This document shows, piece after piece, positions 17,340 through 23,254 of a stretch of DNA of 23,254 nt (positions are counted from its first letter, which is position 1; each line of letters starts with the position of its first letter). Source of the stretch: Promethearchaeota archaeon. GTDB lineage: Archaea > Asgardarchaeota > Thorarchaeia > Thorarchaeales > Thorarchaeaceae. The position numbers and the translations under genes are program-made. A model generated the notes under the pieces. The model saw nothing but the letters and a program-made list of their open reading frames with translations, was not told the origin of the DNA and ran no database searches. Where the stretch lies: positions 17,634-40,887 of the forward strand of contig JBHLPF010000028.1 of the NCBI GenBank assembly GCA_048939765.1, written 5' to 3'.

Positions 17340-18032
17340 CTATCGCCACTCAAGTCGAAGCTCGATTCTGTCAGGAACTTCCTGCGTAGCCGCTTCAAGC
17401 TCTGAAATGTCTGATACTTTGAGATAGGGCTTTTCAGACTCCCTAACACCGGAAGACGCCACGTAGTTCTGTATTACATACTCACCACTGAATCCTAACT
17501 CATCAAGCTCATGAACAATAGCTGTGATGTCAGCAGATGAGAGCAGACTTCCTGTGAAGGTCGTACGAGGCCAGAATTCCACGTCGGAAGAAATCAGGAG
17601 ATTCATTGATTCCATGACCCTAGACCATGGATTTGCTGTAGTTCTGCTTACGCGCGTATAGATGGCAGGGGGAGCTTTTATGTCAAACCAGACTGAGTCC
17701 AAAAATGGAAGGCATTTCTCGAGGATGGATGGAACCGAGCCCTGCGTGTTCAGATTCACATGCAGGCCTGTGGATTTCAAAGCCTTGAGCAGATCGGGCA
17801 GGTCTCGATGGATTGTGGGTTCGCCTCCGGTAACACAAAACCCATCCACAAGATTCCCAGTGGATTTCTGGACTATCTCTTCTATGGACATCTCAGTCCC
17901 AGAGTTGAGAGGTATAATGTCGGCGTTTTGACAATAGGGGCAATCGAAATTACAGCCACCAGTGAAAATGACCGTTACTGGTATTCCGGGGACATCTACC
18001 AAGCTGATGTCGATTATTGACGCAATTCGCAT
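17340..18032 (-). CDS. nrdG: Anaerobic ribonucleotide reductase activating-type radical SAM protein
   Basis: ISLVDVPG, GCNFDCPYCQN (CxxxCxxC), TGGEPT, DIKAP, RTT. Confidence 0.8.
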   Translation of the reverse strand: MRIASIIDISLVDVPGIPVTVIFTGGCNFDCPYCQNADIIPLNSGTEMSIEEIVQKSTGNLVDGFCVTGGEPTIHRDLPDLLKALKSTGLHVNLNTQGSVPSILEKCLPFLDSVWFDIKAPPAIYTRVSRTTANPWSRVMESMNLLISSDVEFWPRTTFTGSLLSSADITAIVHELDELGFSGEYVIQNYVASSGVRESEKPYLKVSDISELEAATQEVPDRIELRLEWR

Positions 18033-18232
18033 ACGATATGTCCAGCCTCAACTGTCGATTACGCATGATGGATATAACTTCCCTTATAGAGACCAGCGAA
18101 TATTCACGAGAAAATACATGCTCTTTTCTAGTAAGACTGTTCGAATAAGAGCATAATAGCTCGAAATCTCGAAGGACGTTACTATAACCTTTAAGAGGAA
18201 CTATTAGGTCATCATAAGCGGGGACGTGTGCA

Positions 18233-18502
18233 ATGGCGAGTCGGAGCATTAGCAGAAAGGCCATAATTCAGAGCACTCTCTTTCACATTCAACTGAAGCA
18301 GTGTCAGTATATCGATGACTTTCCTGAAGCTGTGGCGGATGTTTTTGAGAAAAATGTCTATCGAGGCAGATTGAAGAAGTACCAGGATCTGAAGAGGAAG
18401 CTATACCGTATTAAGACCAGTTTCTTTGATGTAAATAGGGACATTAAGAAGAAGGACTTCTTTGAATCGCTGTATGACAGAATCAAGCGTCGAGTCAGTT
18501 AG
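18233..18502 (+). CDS. Small basic hypothetical protein
   Basis: 89-aa ORF with a TTTAAG box about 40 nt upstream. Confidence 0.55.
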   Translation: MASRSISRKAIIQSTLFHIQLKQCQYIDDFPEAVADVFEKNVYRGRLKKYQDLKRKLYRIKTSFFDVNRDIKKKDFFESLYDRIKRRVS

Positions 18503-18519
18503 ATTCTCGAGAAATGGAA

Positions 18520-20310
18520 CTAGATGTCTAGTTCATGCAAAGAGATAATGAATTTTGCACCATGACTCGGTTTTCCTTTCACACGGTCTTGAACCTCGAT
18601 TGATCCACCATATTTACGAACCATCTGAGCCACAAGAGTCAGACCCACACCACCAGTGTGTTTTCGCTTCCCGAAAATCGTCTTCTTCCGGGCACTGCTT
18701 ATGCCAGGACCGTCATCAGATATCGACAGTCTATACATCCCATTTTCCCTACTCCCGCCAACCCAAATTCGGGGCTTCTCTTTTGGATTATGTCTTGCTG
18801 CATTCTCAAGAAGGTTCCATATTAACTCACCAAGCAGCGTATCTGCTTTGACGAATATGGGAGCCTCAATATCTTCTAGGAAAACGGTTGCACCATGGAC
18901 TCGTGCCAAAGTGTTGATTTTCTCATCCAATATGCTCGTCAGCTCAATCTTCGTGGTGGGAAGTCTTCTGAACTCTCCTGCGCGCTTCACTTTCGTAATG
19001 AGCCTGTTGCATCGTTCTACTGCGTCTAGAATGTCATTCTGGGCATCAATTAGATACGATCGAGGCAGATCAACATCCAGAAGCCCAGCCGCAGTGATGA
19101 TTACCTGCAGTTGGTTTGCAACATCATGTGTGAGTAGATCGAGATAGAATTGGATTGTGTCCTCTGCTTCTTTCTGTGCGGATATCTCTGTTATTACGGC
19201 GAAAGTTCCATCGAAAACATCGTCGTCACCATATAGAGGTGTTGCTGAAATGATGGTTGGAACAGTTTCTCCATCTTTGCGTATCCACTCAAGCTCGTAG
19301 CGAGCATGTTTTCCAGCACGCCGCTCCTCGATCACATCATCCACCCAGTCCGGACCACGGTCTTTGACAAATCGTATCCAGTCTTGCCCCACTACCTCAT
19401 TCTGTGTTCTACCTAACATATCACAGAAGGCTTCGTTGGCATAGACAAGTCGACCCTTGTCATCATCAATAGCCAATCCGTCATTCATGGTTTCCACAAG
19501 TACGCGATACCGCTCCTCGGTTTCTGCGAGGGCCTCCTGTTCCCTACGTCTGTCAGTAATATCAAGAATGTGTGCAAGGGTCTTCATTGAGCCATCAGAA
19601 GCTTGGACTAATGAGACTCGGAGGTCAGCCACTAAAGGCAGTCCTTCTTTGGAAACTAATTGCAATGGATAGGTTGTGGGCTCCTCCTCTCCACCTCTTC
19701 GTTTAGAATATCTTTCACTTATTTGAGAGGCGACTTGTTTCGTCATGAATTTGCGGAAATCTTGCCCTATGAGGTCTTCTTTTGAGCTCCCAATGAGATT
19801 AGCAGCTTGTTCATTTACGTATTCAATATCGAAATTGTCACCAATTAACGCAATCCCATCATGGGTCCTGTCAATCATGGCTATCAAGACTTCATCGTTG
19901 AAAGGGAAGCCAGGAGCCAGAAATCCTGTTATGCTAGCATCGATTGCGAAGACACGTATCCTCTGTGCGATTCCCTTGCCGACCGTCTGAAATCGAAGCT
20001 CAGCATCAATCGTACTGCCATCAAGTCGTTGAAGTGACATTGCCTGCACAATGAGCCTCTCTCTTTTCTTCAACTCCTTGACTGTTTCCTTGAAACGGTC
20101 TTTGTAGGCGGGGGGAATAAAGGACCTCATTGACAGAGATTTGAGCTGACTCTTATCATCAATACGAAGAAGGCGAAGCGCATAGCTATTCATGTAGACA
20201 AGTTGAAGGTCCATCTTCGATTCCAATACAGCAAATGGAAATGCCTCTGCGATTTTTCTGAACTCTCGCAAGCCAGGAGAGCCAGATGACTTTCTCGCAC
20301 TTTTGCTCAT
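18520..20310 (-). CDS. Cytoplasmic sensor histidine kinase with three PAS domains
   Basis: PAS motifs YMN/YVN/YAN; H-box LTHDVANQL, N-box NLLENAARH, G1 DDGPGI, G2 GGVGL. No transmembrane segments. Confidence 0.93.
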   Translation of the reverse strand: MSKSARKSSGSPGLREFRKIAEAFPFAVLESKMDLQLVYMNSYALRLLRIDDKSQLKSLSMRSFIPPAYKDRFKETVKELKKRERLIVQAMSLQRLDGSTIDAELRFQTVGKGIAQRIRVFAIDASITGFLAPGFPFNDEVLIAMIDRTHDGIALIGDNFDIEYVNEQAANLIGSSKEDLIGQDFRKFMTKQVASQISERYSKRRGGEEEPTTYPLQLVSKEGLPLVADLRVSLVQASDGSMKTLAHILDITDRRREQEALAETEERYRVLVETMNDGLAIDDDKGRLVYANEAFCDMLGRTQNEVVGQDWIRFVKDRGPDWVDDVIEERRAGKHARYELEWIRKDGETVPTIISATPLYGDDDVFDGTFAVITEISAQKEAEDTIQFYLDLLTHDVANQLQVIITAAGLLDVDLPRSYLIDAQNDILDAVERCNRLITKVKRAGEFRRLPTTKIELTSILDEKINTLARVHGATVFLEDIEAPIFVKADTLLGELIWNLLENAARHNPKEKPRIWVGGSRENGMYRLSISDDGPGISSARKKTIFGKRKHTGGVGLTLVAQMVRKYGGSIEVQDRVKGKPSHGAKFIISLHELDI

Positions 20311-20442
20311 TGGAACCTAGTCTCCAGTTACACGAACGCAATTATCCCTATTTGGGAAGTAAATTAAATGACATTGTATTATAAGAGATTTTCAGGCGTA
20401 ACCGTGAGCCGTTTCGGACAAGAATGAGTCGATTTTCAACAC

Positions 20443-21780
20443 CTATGCTGAATCCTTTTGCTTTCCATATCCAACAAGGTCGTCGAATTTCAAGACGAGT
20501 CGATTAAACCACGGGAAATAGCGGACAAACCATAACACAGTTCTATGAAGTATTCCATCTCGCTTATTATAGGGACAAGATCTTATGCAATTGGAACAAT
20601 CACTCCCATTCTCAATCCAGAAGCCATAGCAGGTTTCTGGGTTCACAAACCATTTCTTGACGCCCGGATTGTTAGATTTAGTAACTCCGGACCAACCCCG
20701 ATCTTTGCCCACAGGAATTGACATTGATGGGCAATGATGGGCACATTTCTCGCAGACCTCACAGAACCGAATTACAGCATCGCAGAAACCATAATCCGGG
20801 GAATCGTTTAGCAAAGGCATATCTGTGAGAACCTTGGCGATTCTGACTCTTGGGCCAAACTCCTTTGTAATCAGCAGACCATGTCGTCCATACTGCCCCA
20901 ATCCAGCGTCTATAGCAAGAGGGACGCTGAGAGCTATATCATTCCCACAGGGAATTGCACTGTATCCAAGCCGCCTTATGAAAGCAGTTAGCTCGATCTC
21001 AGCAAATGCCATCTTTGAGTAGCCAACTGCAGTACTTGTGGCACTGGCAAATGCCGGTGAAGTCGAGATGCCTTCATAGTCCATCTCAATAGCCATCACA
21101 ATCGCATGAGTGAAACGTTCAGGAATGTCATATGGTTCACCTTGCCGGTCTACACTATACAACCATCTTCTGTCCAAAGCAGCAATGCCAACTAGAGATG
21201 CCCCATAGATCTTTGCAGCTCCCTTGATTTCATCGGTTAGTTTTTGAGAGCCCCAGTGAACCCGCTTTTCCAGATCAGGAGCAGCTTGAGCATCACTCAG
21301 TAGATGGCCTACTACTGCAGCTCTATTATCATATAACTTCCAGCCAGCTTCTGCCCTTTCATATTCAAATCGGTCATAGCCTGGTATGTTTCTAGATACC
21401 ATGGCTTCTCCACCGTAAAAGGCGTGCTTGCTATAGTACTCAAAATCAGGGTCATTGAAGACTCGAGCAAATATCATGTCTCGTTCAGGAAACTGCTCAA
21501 GCTCATCATTTGTCTGATATGACCGGGTATAGTTTTTCCCGCGAAAAGCCTTTTTCTGGTCACTCAATTTCGTAGGTCTGGTCATTCTGGTGCTAGAAAT
21601 AGCTCCAAAGGGGCAGGCTCTGACACAGCTCAAGCAGTTTGTGCAGTCTTTAACAACTCTAGGATACACCGCACCTTGTTCGAATAGAATAAGCGGATCC
21701 TCTCCATGCAACCGACTACATGCAACTATACATTCCCTATTGCACTCGTCTGACTTGCATAGCTGTTGGTCAATGTACAT
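20443..21780 (-). CDS. Reductive dehalogenase (RdhA)-like cobalamin/Fe-S protein with N-terminal ferredoxin domain
   Basis: AKIYGASLVGIA, LAIDAGLGQYGRHGLLIT.EFGPRVR, FCEVCEKCAHHCP, CYGFW..DCSNCIRSCPY, DDLVGYGK. Confidence 0.88.
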   Translation of the reverse strand: MYIDQQLCKSDECNRECIVACSRLHGEDPLILFEQGAVYPRVVKDCTNCLSCVRACPFGAISSTRMTRPTKLSDQKKAFRGKNYTRSYQTNDELEQFPERDMIFARVFNDPDFEYYSKHAFYGGEAMVSRNIPGYDRFEYERAEAGWKLYDNRAAVVGHLLSDAQAAPDLEKRVHWGSQKLTDEIKGAAKIYGASLVGIAALDRRWLYSVDRQGEPYDIPERFTHAIVMAIEMDYEGISTSPAFASATSTAVGYSKMAFAEIELTAFIRRLGYSAIPCGNDIALSVPLAIDAGLGQYGRHGLLITKEFGPRVRIAKVLTDMPLLNDSPDYGFCDAVIRFCEVCEKCAHHCPSMSIPVGKDRGWSGVTKSNNPGVKKWFVNPETCYGFWIENGSDCSNCIRSCPYNKRDGILHRTVLWFVRYFPWFNRLVLKFDDLVGYGKQKDSA

Positions 21781-21918
21781 CGGTTCACTTTCCCAGACTC
21801 ATCGGGTTTCAGCACAGCATCATTAAACACTTGCTATGAGTTCTGGTTCTCAAGCAAAGATTCATGGGTAGGTTGGAATACTGAGAAGCATACTGCAGTG
21901 AAATTGGAGACATGGAAT

Positions 21919-22824
21919 GTGTACAACTATAGTGCCGAACAGAAGACCTTGGAGATAGGGTCCGTTAAGATTGGCGGGACCCCAGGCCTTATCCCAACTG
22001 CAATGATAGGCTCCATCTTCTACTCTAAAGATAAACTAGTGAGGAATGTCAAGAGTGGAGAGATTGACAAAGCAAGCACTGAAACAATGTTGAACAGGCT
22101 TTCAGACATATCAGAAAGGACTGGACTTCCAAGTGTACTTGATGTGGTAGCATCCTCTCCTCAAGCAATGGAAAACTACCTCCGATATCTGGCTGATGAG
22201 ACCGACATGCCTCTACTAATCGATGGTTCCGGCTCATCCGAGGTCAATATTGCCGGTCTTGAAACTGCAAGAAACGCGGGCCTCCTTGACAGGGTGGCGC
22301 TCAACTCTCTCACACCGGATGATGATGAAGCCATCTATTCCAAAATAGAAGAGGTCCATCTCAGAAATGCAGTGATCTTGACATTCTCCAACTTGGCGAT
22401 GACCTCAGCAACGAGAAGAGCAGAGCTCGCTGACGAGCTATATGACAAGGCCAGCAGTATGGGAGTAGACAACATCATGTTTGACACCGGAGTTGTTGAT
22501 CTTCCAACGCTTGGGCTCGCTTGCAGGGCACTCATGATGATAAAGGACAAGTTTGGACTTCCTGTTGGATGCGGAGCACACAACGCAGTGGCGATGTGGA
22601 ATGGTCTTGTGCCGAAATTCGGAAAGGCCGCAAAGACGCCTGCATTTGTGGGTTCTAATCTGATGCCCATTGCATTGGGAGCTGATTTTGTGCTATATGG
22701 ACCAATCAAACATGCCCCGGTAGTATTCCCATCAGTTGCCATGATTGATGTGGCTCTATCAGGGAGTTTGATAGAAGAACGTATCAGACCGGACCGTCCA
22801 CACCCAAGGTATCTAGTAGGATAG
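21919..22824 (+). CDS. mtrH: MtrH/MtgA-family methylcorrinoid:pterin methyltransferase
   Basis: EQKTLEIGSVKIGGTPG..PTAMIGSIFY, GCGAHNA, GADFVLYGPI. Probable GTG start at 21919 after a GGAGA SD. Confidence 0.88.
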   Translation: MYNYSAEQKTLEIGSVKIGGTPGLIPTAMIGSIFYSKDKLVRNVKSGEIDKASTETMLNRLSDISERTGLPSVLDVVASSPQAMENYLRYLADETDMPLLIDGSGSSEVNIAGLETARNAGLLDRVALNSLTPDDDEAIYSKIEEVHLRNAVILTFSNLAMTSATRRAELADELYDKASSMGVDNIMFDTGVVDLPTLGLACRALMMIKDKFGLPVGCGAHNAVAMWNGLVPKFGKAAKTPAFVGSNLMPIALGADFVLYGPIKHAPVVFPSVAMIDVALSGSLIEERIRPDRPHPRYLVG

Positions 22825-22832
22825 GAATTCCT

Positions 22833-23254
22833 GTGCCAAAAAGACGCGTCGTCTTCGAGCCTTCAGGGCTTCGAATCGCAGTTGATGAATCAAACACCAT
22901 CTTGGATGCGGCACGTCAACTCGGTTTGTACATTTCGTCCGAGTGTGCTGGGAGGGGTACCTGCGGCAAGTGTCTCGTTACAATGGAACCAGTTCCTGAA
23001 CCATCACAGAACGATATGGCACACATCTCAGAAGCAGACATAGAGTCCGGTGTTCGGCTAGCCTGTGAACATAAGATACACACTGACACCAGAGTTGTTA
23101 TTCCACATGCGGCACAATTGAAGATACTCGTAGATGGAACACCCAGTCATATCGACTGGGACATTGATGATGGCCTCGCTGGTCAAATGGGCATAGCTAT
23201 AGATCTGGGAACCACAACTATTGTGGCATACCTGATAGGAATGGAGAATGGAAT
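22833..23254 (+). CDS. ASKHA/DUF4445 reductive activator of corrinoid proteins (RACo-like) with N-terminal 2Fe-2S domain, partial
   Basis: Manual translation gives MPKRRVVFEPSG...ECAGRGTCGKC...RLAC...GIAIDLGTTTIVAYL. Confidence 0.9.
   Translation, partial: MPKRRVVFEPSGLRIAVDESNTILDAARQLGLYISSECAGRGTCGKCLVTMEPVPEPSQNDMAHISEADIESGVRLACEHKIHTDTRVVIPHAAQLKILVDGTPSHIDWDIDDGLAGQMGIAIDLGTTTIVAYLIGMENG

Noticed and set aside
20395-20445. TAG of the RdhA-like gene as possible pyrrolysine read-through
   Set aside because: The protein already contains its terminal DD..GYGK motif, and the short extension has no supporting feature.
21766-21918. N-terminal extension of MtrH in the ORF track
   Set aside because: It overlaps the divergent gene start and promoter region. 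Family similarity begins at GTG 21919.
1-23254. tRNA, rRNA, CRISPR array, IS element
   Set aside because: No cloverleaf, repeat-spacer array or transposase seen by eye.

Overview
Gene-dense archaeal window, most likely from an Asgard archaeon (Thorarchaeia-like). This is inferred from archaeal DtdA, proteasome alpha, MtrH, GGTGA/GGAGG Shine-Dalgarno motifs, a eukaryote-type CIA2/MIP18, a Rab-like fold and a TAT-less reductive dehalogenase. Housekeeping and metabolic genes: aminotransferase, DUF362, MIP18, RimI, DtdA, RimK/MptN ligase, PsmA, NrdG-type radical SAM, PAS kinase, RdhA-like, MtrH and a RACo activator. The main finding is that the ORF called at 12950 appears to begin at ATG 12806 and read through an in-frame TGA (12878-12880) lying in a C-A-S-U (CxxU) motif. 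A eukaryote-like SECIS hairpin (AUGA...AAA...GA) is built on the gene's own stop codon. Together these make it a candidate selenoprotein of a family I do not recognise. Also notable: a Rab-like protein lacking its nucleotide-binding motifs next to an acidic polyproline protein, and a 1301-aa TrmB-like protein split by about 1080 aa of helix with 22-residue periodicity. All family calls come from manual motif recognition; no searches were run.
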